From a virus: DNA of 32,480 nt. The position numbers and the translations under genes are program-made. The stretch spans positions 1 to 32,480 of IMG/VR virus record IMGVR_UViG_3300043571_000417. One strand, written 5' to 3'. The notes below the pieces were generated by a model. That model did not search any database. It was given only the letters and a program-made list of their open reading frames with translations, and had not been told where the DNA came from. Shown here in pieces: positions 9,228 through 16,707 of this stretch (within the stretch, counting starts at the first letter, position 1; every line of letters begins with the position of its first letter).

Positions 9228-9449
9228 ATGGACAGAAAAAATTTAGATAGAGCCTATGAGATTGGATCTGATCGTGGATCTAGTTTAAGTCTGGATTATT
9301 TCTCAAATCCAGAAGGGGACATTTTTATCAAGAACCCCAACAACTCAGGGGGAATTATTCTATTTGCCGATGGTAGCGACGGCTTCTTTCCCGAAATGCC
9401 GGATGACGACTTTTATCCTTTTGATATGTACAAAGAGCGTAATCAGTAA
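9228..9449 (+). CDS. Hypothetical acidic protein
   Basis: Met at 9228 preceded by GGAG; ends in DGFFPEMPDDDFYPFDMYKERNQ. Confidence 0.6.
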   Translation: MDRKNLDRAYEIGSDRGSSLSLDYFSNPEGDIFIKNPNNSGGIILFADGSDGFFPEMPDDDFYPFDMYKERNQ

Positions 9450-9550
9450 TCGTTTTTCCCTTACGCTTCATAGTGCGATTGTGAGGCGTTGGGGCGGTGC
9501 GATTAAGCCCGAATTAAACCCACAGAAATCAAGTTTAACAGGAAACCAAG
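9447..9550 (+). repeat. Imperfect direct repeat, copy 1 (TAATCGTTTTTCCCTTACGCTTCATA ... GTGAGGCGTTGGGGCGGTGCGATTAAGCC)
   Basis: Matches 9706-9796 by direct comparison. Confidence 0.9.
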
Positions 9551-9705
9551 AATGAAACACTTTTACTGTTTTATTACAGGCTATTTCGATATTGAAAGAG
9601 ATCACCTGTTTGGGATGAAACTATTAAAAATAAAACCATTTGTGATCTGGTACGGGTGGAAAGACTGGCGAGTTGATGCCAGGAAATTTATCTACGGAGA
9701 TGATT

Positions 9706-9796
9706 AATCGTTTTTCCCTTACGCTTCATAAATATCTTAATTTGTGAGGCGTTGGGGCGGTGCGATTAAGCCTAATTAAACTAACAGAAACCAAGC
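9706..9796 (+). repeat. Imperfect direct repeat, copy 2
   Basis: Same two conserved blocks, slightly different spacer, followed by the start of ORF 9806-10489. Confidence 0.9.
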
Positions 9797-9805
9797 TAAA
9801 ACAAA

Positions 9806-10489
9806 ATGACAAAAACAGCAGCCGAAAAATCCACTATTTCCGTCTTCGGAGCTAAGCCGAAAGATGCAATCTTAGTTCCCAATTTCCCTATTGCCGTTCG
9901 TAACAATTGCCAAGCCGGACAATGGACAATTGGCGACACCGATTATGGCTCTAAATGTTCCATGACAATCCTGAAATTCTCCAAATTCTGGGGCGACCTC
10001 GGACAAACTCAAGGCGCAACCTGGGGACAGATTTGGTTCGTCGCTGAATCGGGGGAACTGCCTAAAGGTGTGGTGATGGTGACGTACTTAAAAACCCAAT
10101 CTTTAGGGGATTTTAACCGCCTCGTCACAGAAGTTCAAGCGCGAGGTGTGGAACCCGCGACAGGCATTTTTGTACCCGAATTTGTCAAACAGTCAAGCTC
10201 CAAACCCGATGCCAACAACGTTATCAAGCCTGTTAATTATTACAGCCTTAAGTGGTCTTGGCAGGAGCGCACCGACTGGGCGATGTTAGATCAAGCGTCG
10301 GCGGTTTTAGCTGATCCGGCTAATCTGTCTCGAATGACCGACATGGAAGGGACTCGGATGATGCAGTGCATTGATGGTCTTGCTCAAGATGAATTGAGTT
10401 ATTTGGTTGGGAACAAAACTCCCACACTCCCCTCGGCACTGCCACCTGTTGAAGTAAAAGTTCTCGCTGGAAGTAATTTCGATTTCTAA
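9806..10489 (+). CDS. Hypothetical protein (227 aa)
   Basis: Long intact ORF preceded by the repeat copy 2; C-terminus LAGSNFDF. Confidence 0.8.
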   Translation: MTKTAAEKSTISVFGAKPKDAILVPNFPIAVRNNCQAGQWTIGDTDYGSKCSMTILKFSKFWGDLGQTQGATWGQIWFVAESGELPKGVVMVTYLKTQSLGDFNRLVTEVQARGVEPATGIFVPEFVKQSSSKPDANNVIKPVNYYSLKWSWQERTDWAMLDQASAVLADPANLSRMTDMEGTRMMQCIDGLAQDELSYLVGNKTPTLPSALPPVEVKVLAGSNFDF

Positions 10490-10496
10490 ATAATCC

Positions 10497-10513
10497 GGGG
10501 GTGAAATTCCCCC
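10497..10513. repeat. GGGGG-TGAAATT-CCCCC hairpin, copy 1
   Basis: Between stop of 9806-10489 and start of 10550-10801. Confidence 0.8.
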
Positions 10514-10549
10514 ACTTTAAAACTCTACACAAAAGAAACCAGGAAAGTT

Positions 10550-10801
10550 ATGCCGAAATATTTCTACTCAATTACTCCTACATCAACAGAAGGAGAGTAT
10601 CAAGCAAGCAAAGGCGGTGAATTGACCGAAGACGAATACATAGAAGAAATTCAATATTCCTGCCTTATTGGTGGCGACGATCCTCTGCCAGAAGGATCTG
10701 AAGACATCCGAGCTTTCATCCAAAATGGTAACGGTTTGGATGTTTATGTCAGAGAAGCGGACGACTACGAAGATACCGAGAAATACTTCGGCATTAAGTA
10801 G
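10550..10801 (+). CDS. Hypothetical acidic protein (83 aa)
   Basis: Intact ORF; rich in D/E, preceded by AGGAAAG. Confidence 0.65.
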   Translation: MPKYFYSITPTSTEGEYQASKGGELTEDEYIEEIQYSCLIGGDDPLPEGSEDIRAFIQNGNGLDVYVREADDYEDTEKYFGIK

Positions 10802-10812
10802 TAATTAATTCC

Positions 10813-10829
10813 GGGGGTGAAATTCCCCC
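10813..10829. repeat. GGGGG-TGAAATT-CCCCC hairpin, copy 2
   Basis: Identical 17-bp sequence to 10497-10513, also just after a stop codon. Confidence 0.8.
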
Positions 10830-10859
10830 AATTCAAAACCCAGCATAAATAAGAGAATT

Positions 10860-11108
10860 ATGAACGCATCAGAAATTAGACGGGTGGCTTCAAATTACGA
10901 CAAGGATTATTGCGCGATGCCAGAAGGTGTCGAACTTTGGGGAACAAGAGAGGGGGATTGGTGGTTAACGGGAACCAATTGGTTTCTATTAAGAGAAAAC
11001 ACTGTTCTTTCTAGTCAATACCAACCGCCCTGCGACAGCGAGAAAGAGGCAAAACGCCTACGAACTAAATGGATTAACGAGTTAATGAGAGCAGGAAAAG
11101 GGTTATGA
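10860..11108 (+). CDS. Hypothetical protein (82 aa)
   Basis: Intact ORF, overlaps next ORF by 4 bp. Confidence 0.6.
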   Translation: MNASEIRRVASNYDKDYCAMPEGVELWGTREGDWWLTGTNWFLLRENTVLSSQYQPPCDSEKEAKRLRTKWINELMRAGKGL

Positions 11109-11401
11109 CAATATTAAATTTACCCATCAAAAAGAAATGGTTTGATTTAATAGCTTCCGGCGAAAAAAAGGAAGAATATCGAGAAATTAAACCATACTAT
11201 ACAACCCGATTTCATAAGCCACTAACCCATATCCGCTTTACCAACGGATACGGCAACAGCGTCCCATCGATAACTGTTGAATTGCTGGGAATCTCTAAGG
11301 GAATCCCCAAGCCTGAATGGAGCGAAGGAACAATTGAACAAGGGACAGAAGTTTATGTTTTATCGCTTGGGGATTATATCAAGCAGAAAGGAGAATCATG
11401 A
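11105..11401 (+). CDS. ASCH/PUA-like domain protein
   Basis: LPIKKKWFDLIASGEKKEEYREIKPYYTTRF ... IRFTNGYG ... VELLGISKG is the typical ASCH pattern. Confidence 0.8.
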   Translation: MTILNLPIKKKWFDLIASGEKKEEYREIKPYYTTRFHKPLTHIRFTNGYGNSVPSITVELLGISKGIPKPEWSEGTIEQGTEVYVLSLGDYIKQKGES

Positions 11402-11553
11402 AAGCAATATTTAGAGCTTGTGGTGACACAGAAGAAATAGATTATCCTTCTTTGACCAAAGAAGAAATCTACCAAGAATTTATCGAATGGCCGCTAGAAA
11501 AAGCGGATGCTTCAATTGATATTGAAGCCGAAGATGAAGGAGGTGATGTTTAG
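11398..11553 (+). CDS. Small acidic hypothetical protein (51 aa)
   Basis: Translated by hand: MKAIFRACGDTEEIDYPSLTKEEIYQEFIEWPLEKADASIDIEAEDEGGDV; 4-bp overlap with the ASCH ORF. Confidence 0.5.
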   Translation: MKAIFRACGDTEEIDYPSLTKEEIYQEFIEWPLEKADASIDIEAEDEGGDV

Positions 11554-11561
11554 ACAAAAAT

Positions 11562-11579
11562 CGTTTAATCATTTAAACG
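11562..11579. repeat. Inverted repeat CGTTTAA-tcat-TTAAACG
   Basis: Perfect 7-bp arms in intergenic space. Confidence 0.7.
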
Positions 11580-11601
11580 TTTGTGTAAGTAAGAATCTCC
11601 T

Positions 11602-11635
11602 GGGGTGGAAAGCCCTCTAGCTACACCCCTTTTTT
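11602..11635 (+). terminator. Rho-independent terminator
   Basis: GGGGTG ... CACCCC followed by TTTTTT. Confidence 0.75.
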
Positions 11636-11656
11636 AACCCATTAACCAGAAACCAG

Positions 11657-12010
11657 ATGTCAAGTACGAAGCGTTATTCTCCAGAAATTAGGAAAATAGC
11701 TTACGAAGCTATTAAGTCGGGCAAAAGCCTGACCGAGATATCTCGAAATCTTGGAATAGGGAGAGCCACGCTTTTCCGGTGGAAGCGAGTCGGGGAACTC
11801 CCTGCCGACTACGGTAGGGTCGCCCCATCATTTCGGTCAATAAGAAAAACCTCACAACCGGAGGAAATTTATCAACAATTGTTTTGCAAATTGCCAACTC
11901 TAAATCAGGAGTTTGCAGAACACCTCATAGAACAGTATGAGGGGGGCATATTTTTTGCCATTGAATATGCCAAATTAACACTAAGACGAATACAGAAAGG
12001 TAATGAGTAA
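11657..12010 (+). CDS. HTH (homeodomain-like/transposase-type) DNA-binding protein
   Basis: EIRKIAYEAIKSGKSLTEISRNLGIGRATLFRWKR. Confidence 0.65.
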   Translation: MSSTKRYSPEIRKIAYEAIKSGKSLTEISRNLGIGRATLFRWKRVGELPADYGRVAPSFRSIRKTSQPEEIYQQLFCKLPTLNQEFAEHLIEQYEGGIFFAIEYAKLTLRRIQKGNE

Positions 12011-12194
12011 ACAGAAAGGCTACGCGATTTGGGAACTAGGAAAAGGCGTTATTATCGCGTCTTATCCGAGATTTAATCAAGCTCGGAAAAAGTGCGAGGA
12101 AATGAATAAATCTGGCACTGGCAGATACTATATCCAGGAAGATTGGGATGGAGTTCCCGTTTCAGTTATCACAAGAACAAGGGTTGAGCCATGA
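12003..12194 (+). CDS. Hypothetical protein (63 aa)
   Basis: Intact short ORF overlapping both neighbours slightly. Confidence 0.55.
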   Translation: MSKQKGYAIWELGKGVIIASYPRFNQARKKCEEMNKSGTGRYYIQEDWDGVPVSVITRTRVEP

Positions 12195-12484
12195 GAAAAA
12201 CAATTGTAACCCATACTATTTATGGGCGCTGGAAAATAAAGGCAACTGTCAGAAAATGGATCGCTGTGCATCGGATTGACGACGACTATTGGGGTGTCAC
12301 TCACTTGGCATCGGGGCGATGTTTCCCAGGGTATTTTCACTCTAAAAAAGACGCGATCGCAGCATCTAAACTAGCTCGGAGGATGTTCCCCCATCCATTG
12401 AGAAAAAAAAACCAACACTTAATGCCAACTCAAAACCAGTGGCTTCAAACCCTCTGGGATGCCAAGATTGCATTTACTAAATAG
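12191..12484 (+). CDS. Hypothetical protein (97 aa)
   Basis: Intact ORF, 4-bp overlap. Confidence 0.6.
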   Translation: MRKTIVTHTIYGRWKIKATVRKWIAVHRIDDDYWGVTHLASGRCFPGYFHSKKDAIAASKLARRMFPHPLRKKNQHLMPTQNQWLQTLWDAKIAFTK

Positions 12485-12494
12485 GAGGAACACT

Positions 12495-12890
12495 ATGTTT
12501 GTGGGAGAGTATTCGCTAGGAAATGCAGAGGCGACGGAAGAAAACATTGTCCAATTCCCAGAGAAAAATATGGGGACAGTGATGAATGAACAGGGTAAAT
12601 TAGTCCAATCTGTTTATAATTTGCAATCGGATTTAATAGCAGGGGGAATAAACAAATCTGTCTACATTCTCTATATGCTTCGTCTTCTTTATGGCTGCAA
12701 TAAAGATTTAGAAGTTACACCAGAAAATCTAATCACAATACTTGACTGTTCTGGCGTAACTCCATTGGGGAAGGAGAAAGAAATTAAATTCGATGTGCAA
12801 GATGTTCAGGTTGAATTGGCAAAACTTTCTAAAAAAGGATTGTTGGAGATTAACGAGGTTCCTATTCAGTTAAGGATTCAAGGTTTATGA
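12495..12890 (+). CDS. Hypothetical protein (131 aa)
   Basis: ATG at 12495 preceded by AGGAGG; ORF track gives 12459-12890. Confidence 0.7.
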   Translation: MFVGEYSLGNAEATEENIVQFPEKNMGTVMNEQGKLVQSVYNLQSDLIAGGINKSVYILYMLRLLYGCNKDLEVTPENLITILDCSGVTPLGKEKEIKFDVQDVQVELAKLSKKGLLEINEVPIQLRIQGL

Positions 12891-13144
12891 TCACCCAGGA
12901 TTATGAACTTGGATCAAAGGTTGCGGTTGCTAAACTTCTGGGATTAAAAAACCCAGATTCCGTTAAGCACTACCACAAGAAATGGGATAACGGGATTCAC
13001 TATAAGAAACGCCCAGGAGGGAACCGGAGCGGCTACAGCTACAATCTGACATTAATTAAGCATTGGCAACTGTGCCACGAAGATGTTAAAGACAGGAATC
13101 ACGCTCAAGCAATTTTGATTTATCGCCGTTCACTCAAACCCTAG
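12887..13144 (+). CDS. Hypothetical protein (85 aa)
   Basis: Intact ORF; AVAKLLGLKNPDSVKHYHKK is possibly HTH-like. Confidence 0.6.
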   Translation: MITQDYELGSKVAVAKLLGLKNPDSVKHYHKKWDNGIHYKKRPGGNRSGYSYNLTLIKHWQLCHEDVKDRNHAQAILIYRRSLKP

Positions 13145-13154
13145 AGGTAAAACA

Positions 13155-13325
13155 ATGAAATTATTTGATCGGATGCGCGATGAAACCCGCGGCGGACTCC
13201 ATGACGGGTTCCATGACTGCACTGTTAATTTCAGGCTATGGCGCAATATTGTCAGTCGTAAAAAACCCCACGAGTGGCAACTGACAACGTTTTGGTACTG
13301 GTTGAATTATTCTGGAGGGAATTGA
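13155..13325 (+). CDS. Small hypothetical protein (56 aa)
   Basis: Translated by hand: MKLFDRMRDETRGGLHDGFHDCTVNFRLWRNIVSRKKPHEWQLTTFWYWLNYSGGN. Confidence 0.4.
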   Translation: MKLFDRMRDETRGGLHDGFHDCTVNFRLWRNIVSRKKPHEWQLTTFWYWLNYSGGN

Positions 13326-13326
13326 A

Positions 13327-13653
13327 ATGCAAATGTCTTGGCGCGACTGTTCAATCTCAAAGATTGCAGACTCTTTGATCGAGTACGAAGCACAATGCGC
13401 TTGCCTGGGTAAAGAAATCGACTCTAAGGATGCCCGGAAGTATTGCAACGACCGCTACCCATTCGGAGCCAGAGAATATTCCCCTTACAAAATCTGGCTT
13501 GAGGAACTGAAACTGGTTCCTAAATTTGTGGCACTGAAACAACCATTCAGAACCTATCCCGACTGGCGAAACTGTGTCAACAGTCGGGGGGAATCGTGGA
13601 ACAATCCAAAACGTAAAGCGGTTGCTAGTGAGGGTCAGTTAAGTTTGTTTTAG
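13327..13653 (+). CDS. Hypothetical protein with C-terminal beta-clamp-binding-like motif
   Basis: Intact ORF ending ...ASEGQLSLF*, matching the QL(S/D)LF clamp-binding consensus. Confidence 0.75.
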   Translation: MQMSWRDCSISKIADSLIEYEAQCACLGKEIDSKDARKYCNDRYPFGAREYSPYKIWLEELKLVPKFVALKQPFRTYPDWRNCVNSRGESWNNPKRKAVASEGQLSLF

Positions 13654-13896
13654 CTATTCATTCTCGGAATCATCCAAAATCCGACTGATTAACTCGTCTG
13701 AAGATATCCCCAAATCTTCAGACCTTTCTGCTAACATCCGACTAATCAAGTCTAGGTTAGCTTCGATCCTAGTCTGGAGAATATTGCCAGCCAATGCGGT
13801 TGGGGTTGTCCCTCTTAGGAAAGCCCAGATTCTAAGCCGCTTTCGGTAAAATGCTGAGGTTGTCAAGCCTAATCTGCTTTTTTCGTCAGTTGCCAT
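13654..13896 (-). CDS. Small putative DNA-binding/regulatory protein (possible RHH-type)
   Basis: Intact 80-aa ORF divergent from the HTH gene at 14021; helical, basic N-terminal half. Family weak. Confidence 0.55.
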   Translation of the reverse strand: MATDEKSRLGLTTSAFYRKRLRIWAFLRGTTPTALAGNILQTRIEANLDLISRMLAERSEDLGISSDELISRILDDSENE

Positions 13897-13933
13897 ATTA
13901 GTTACTTTAGGTTTACTCTTGAGTATATAATGA

Positions 13934-13950
13934 TTTTAGTCACGCTAAAA
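13934..13950. promoter_or_regulatory. Operator-like inverted repeat TTTTAG-tcacg-CTAAAA in divergent intergenic region
   Basis: Perfect 6-bp arms just downstream of TATAAT-like sequence. Confidence 0.45.
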
Positions 13951-14020
13951 GAGGCGAGAAGGCTCTAACCCCTCTCACCTCAATCCCAACCACCTTAAAT
14001 CATCAAGTTGAGACAATACC

Positions 14021-14230
14021 ATGTTAAGCCAAAACAACAGCCAAAACAGCATTAATAACATTAATCCCGTACATCTACTTCAATCCAGATTGGGATGGAC
14101 AATCGAGAAAATAGCTGAAGAAATGGATTATTCTGTAAGCGCAGTTAGCAAGTGGAGCTCAGGCGATCGCAACCCGTCACCGAGAGCCATGAAAGAAGCT
14201 CAAAAAGTATTAGCCAACTATCAAAATTGA
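14021..14230 (+). CDS. HTH (XRE/Cro-like) regulator
   Basis: LLQSRLGWTIEKIAEEMDYSVSAVSKWSSGDRNPSPRAMKEAQKVL. Confidence 0.75.
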   Translation: MLSQNNSQNSINNINPVHLLQSRLGWTIEKIAEEMDYSVSAVSKWSSGDRNPSPRAMKEAQKVLANYQN

Positions 14231-14244
14231 AAAGCTCAAAAAAC

Positions 14245-14280
14245 AAACCCTCTCCAGTGCCTTGCTGTGGAGGGTTTTTT
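14245..14280 (+). terminator. Rho-independent terminator
   Basis: AAACCCTCtCCA ... TGGAGGGTTTTTT. Confidence 0.8.
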
Positions 14281-14372
14281 AGTGGCTATTAATCTTATTC
14301 ACAAGTGCAGGCACAAGTGAATTGTTTCCTTGATTGGGTGGGTTTATTGTTGTAATCAGTTAAACGAAATCT

Positions 14373-14390
14373 TTCGAGTAACTTCTCGAA
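14373..14390. promoter_or_regulatory. Operator-like inverted repeat TTCGAG-taactt-CTCGAA upstream of the 14.4-kb operon
   Basis: Perfect 6-bp arms 23 bp upstream of the first ATG (14413). Confidence 0.45.
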
Positions 14391-14412
14391 CAACTTTGAC
14401 TAAAGAACAATT

Positions 14413-14670
14413 ATGCGGAGCGCGAATACTGAAACAGTCGCATTCTACACAAGGGAACAAGTTGCTGAAACACTGAATATCACGGTCAACTATTTGAGAC
14501 TCCTGACCAAAGAACTAAGAGAAGCTCTTGACCCTATGGAGTTCGATTTCAGACCTAACGACGGCATGATTTCCAATGACGCTGTTAACAAGATTATTCA
14601 GTACAGGGAACTGGCAACCCGTAAAACCAGGAAATCTGCCCTAGAACAAATCAAACGCAAAGGATTATAA
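14413..14670 (+). CDS. HTH-containing small protein (MerR-like N-terminus)
   Basis: FYTREQVAETLNITVNYLRLLTKELREAL. Confidence 0.65.
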   Translation: MRSANTETVAFYTREQVAETLNITVNYLRLLTKELREALDPMEFDFRPNDGMISNDAVNKIIQYRELATRKTRKSALEQIKRKGL

Positions 14671-14671
14671 A

Positions 14672-15217
14672 ATGACCGCACAACAGACCGAAACTTACGA
14701 CTTAGACGCTATTGCATCGGCAGTAGGAATCACACCCAACAGAGCTAAAATTATTGTTGCTTCCTTGGTTGAAAACTTCCATTTTGATGCGACAAAAGTT
14801 CCAACAAACGGTTTAGTTTCTATCCTTTCTTCAATCGTAGGAATCCAAGAAACTCACAAGATTTCAGTCGGTCAAGCTGTTGAAAAGTATGTGACCGAAC
14901 TGCGACAAAACCAAAAACAACCAACAGGAAAAGCTGGTCATACTGCCGGAACAATGGCAGAAAGTGTTGACAATCTTGCCACCAATCTTGCTAAACAAAT
15001 GGCTCCAAAGGTTGTTGAGTTGACAGTAAAAAAACTTGAGGATGAAGTTATCAAAGAGTTGTCGAAAGGTTTTGAAATGTTCACCATCAATGATTGCTTT
15101 AACCAACTTGGAATCATTATTGATGCTGAAATTCGAGAGGTTGAAAAAACTGATAACTTTCAAATCTCTGGAGGAGAAAACATTCTCGGTTACTTTGCAT
15201 TGCCGGAGGGCAAATAA
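14672..15217 (+). CDS. Hypothetical protein (181 aa)
   Basis: Intact ORF; amphipathic/coiled-coil-like central segment. Confidence 0.75.
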   Translation: MTAQQTETYDLDAIASAVGITPNRAKIIVASLVENFHFDATKVPTNGLVSILSSIVGIQETHKISVGQAVEKYVTELRQNQKQPTGKAGHTAGTMAESVDNLATNLAKQMAPKVVELTVKKLEDEVIKELSKGFEMFTINDCFNQLGIIIDAEIREVEKTDNFQISGGENILGYFALPEGK

Positions 15218-15296
15218 ACCAATTAAAAAACAATATCCCGAAGTAGTTTTTCTTATGCACGGAGGGATTTGTTAGTTCAATAATCAGGGTTTAATC

Positions 15297-15491
15297 ATGG
15301 TGTCATCTATCGTAAAAACAGCAAACAACATCAAGAAATCAATGATAAATACAATCATACTCTTGATAATTGGAACAGGTATTGGTGGCGGGTTAGTATT
15401 TTGGATGATTCAAGCAAATGCTAACGGGATTTGCAGTCTACTCTCTGCAAGAAACCAGTTTATTAATCTCATTGAAAAGGACTCAAAATGA
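15297..15491 (+). CDS. Small single-TM protein (64 aa)
   Basis: Hydrophobic segment TIILLIIGTGIGGGLVFWMI. Confidence 0.65.
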   Translation: MVSSIVKTANNIKKSMINTIILLIIGTGIGGGLVFWMIQANANGICSLLSARNQFINLIEKDSK

Positions 15492-15880
15492 TGGATACAA
15501 TTCTTCTCCCGTTGGTTCACGATAACCTGTCATGTGGCACGGGGATTCCGGTAAAAAACATGGCACAACTTGGCACAAGCCTTGTCATGTGCTTGGTCAC
15601 GAATGTGACAGGTCAAGCTATGGCATTTGAATTACCCCAAGGGTATACCTACCAAGATGCGTATTTGCAAACAGAAACCATGCCACAAAGTCCATGCCAA
15701 AATCGGAGAACTGTAACCCAAGAATACGAGTACACATTACCCCAAGAAACTCAAGAATATGAGCCACATCAGTATCAACAGAATCCAGAGATTGCAGAAC
15801 GCGGATACGGTGATTCAGGATTACCAAGTTACAGGTTCAACATCGGAAGTCAAAACACCATTGTCATTGACTTATTCTGA
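15488..15880 (+). CDS. Small protein with signal-peptide-like N-terminus and shared C-terminal tail
   Basis: MAQLGTSLVMCLVTNVTGQAMA-FELPQGY; ends NIGSQNTIVIDLF. Confidence 0.6.
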   Translation: MMDTILLPLVHDNLSCGTGIPVKNMAQLGTSLVMCLVTNVTGQAMAFELPQGYTYQDAYLQTETMPQSPCQNRRTVTQEYEYTLPQETQEYEPHQYQQNPEIAERGYGDSGLPSYRFNIGSQNTIVIDLF

Positions 15881-15890
15881 GCTTGAAGAA

Positions 15891-16142
15891 ATGCGTAACA
15901 GAATATTATCTCAAGATAAGTGTTCTGATGTTGACTTAGAAAAATTGGTGTTAATCAATGAAAAATTAGGAGATAAACCCGTGAATTTTGACAAATTAAA
16001 AGGTTGGCAATGGTTAGGTTTAGGTATTGTGAGTGGTTTGTTGTTACATGGTTTTTTAACAAGACCACAAACGCAACCCAACACATTTTCTGCCCCTGCT
16101 AACAGTGGAGCACCAGTAATCTACAACATTGACAATAATTAG
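15891..16142 (+). CDS. Small single-TM protein with shared C-terminal tail
   Basis: ORF track 15759-16142; real start probably ATG 15891 or an upstream TTG. TM WLGLGIVSGLLLHGFL; ends SGAPVIYNIDNN. Confidence 0.6.
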   Translation: MRNRILSQDKCSDVDLEKLVLINEKLGDKPVNFDKLKGWQWLGLGIVSGLLLHGFLTRPQTQPNTFSAPANSGAPVIYNIDNN

Positions 16143-16144
16143 CA

Positions 16145-16285
16145 ATGTACCAAATTAAACAATTAGAACGTTTAACGCTTTACATGGTTTTAGGACTTAT
16201 CCTAATAATCCCACCTGTTCTTTACACAGTTTTCAATCGACCAACTTTCAATTCTAATCCGATTATCTTAAACCTCAAAAATTAA
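16145..16285 (+). CDS. Small single-TM protein (46 aa) with shared C-terminal tail
   Basis: Hand translation: MYQIKQLERLTLYMVLGLILIIPPVLYTVFNRPTFNSNPIILNLKN. Confidence 0.55.
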   Translation: MYQIKQLERLTLYMVLGLILIIPPVLYTVFNRPTFNSNPIILNLKN

Positions 16286-16299
16286 AAGGGAAAAAAGCA

Positions 16300-16545
16300 A
16301 TGTCTAAAAAGATTGAGATTAACTACTACGAAGCGCCTGGTCAAAACTACCAGCAACAACCTTCTAATAATTGCCAACAGCAACCCAATCAAAATCAAAA
16401 CCCGATAGCGGGGATTTCTTCAAATGTAATGCTTGTACCTCTCGGTTTTATAGCCCTGTTGTTTTTATCCCCTATTATTTTGGGAGGTACAAGACAGATT
16501 AATTATGCGCCACCAAGTAGTCCCATAATTATAAATAACCGATAG
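16300..16545 (+). CDS. Small single-TM protein (81 aa) with shared C-terminal tail
   Basis: TM VMLVPLGFIALLFLSPIIL; ends APPSSPIIINNR. Confidence 0.65.
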   Translation: MSKKIEINYYEAPGQNYQQQPSNNCQQQPNQNQNPIAGISSNVMLVPLGFIALLFLSPIILGGTRQINYAPPSSPIIINNR

Positions 16546-16707
16546 ATGGATAGCATTTATACGAAAAAGGAAATGATGTTTTGGATAGTAGTTTGGTTCT
16601 TAACTTATTTCCTTTGCTTACAAAGAGGGGGAGCAGATATTACCGATAATCGCACCCCAGACAATACCGGAGCCTTTTGTCGAGCTTATATAGAGGGGGA
16701 TTTGTGA
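16546..16707 (+). CDS. Small single-TM protein (53 aa)
   Basis: Hand translation: MDSIYTKKEMMFWIVVWFLTYFLCLQRGGADITDNRTPDNTGAFCRAYIEGDL. Confidence 0.5.
   Translation: MDSIYTKKEMMFWIVVWFLTYFLCLQRGGADITDNRTPDNTGAFCRAYIEGDL

Noticed and set aside
9364-9555. Plus-strand ORF 9364-9555 spanning repeat copy 1
   Set aside because: Overlaps ORF 9228-9449 in another frame and runs through the repeated non-coding block; likely spurious.
11657-12010. Transposase/insertion sequence
   Set aside because: Only an HTH of the transposase-like type is present; no catalytic domain or terminal inverted repeats seen.
14864-15163. Minus-strand ORF inside 14672-15217
   Set aside because: Antisense shadow frame with no features; the plus-strand gene fits the operon.
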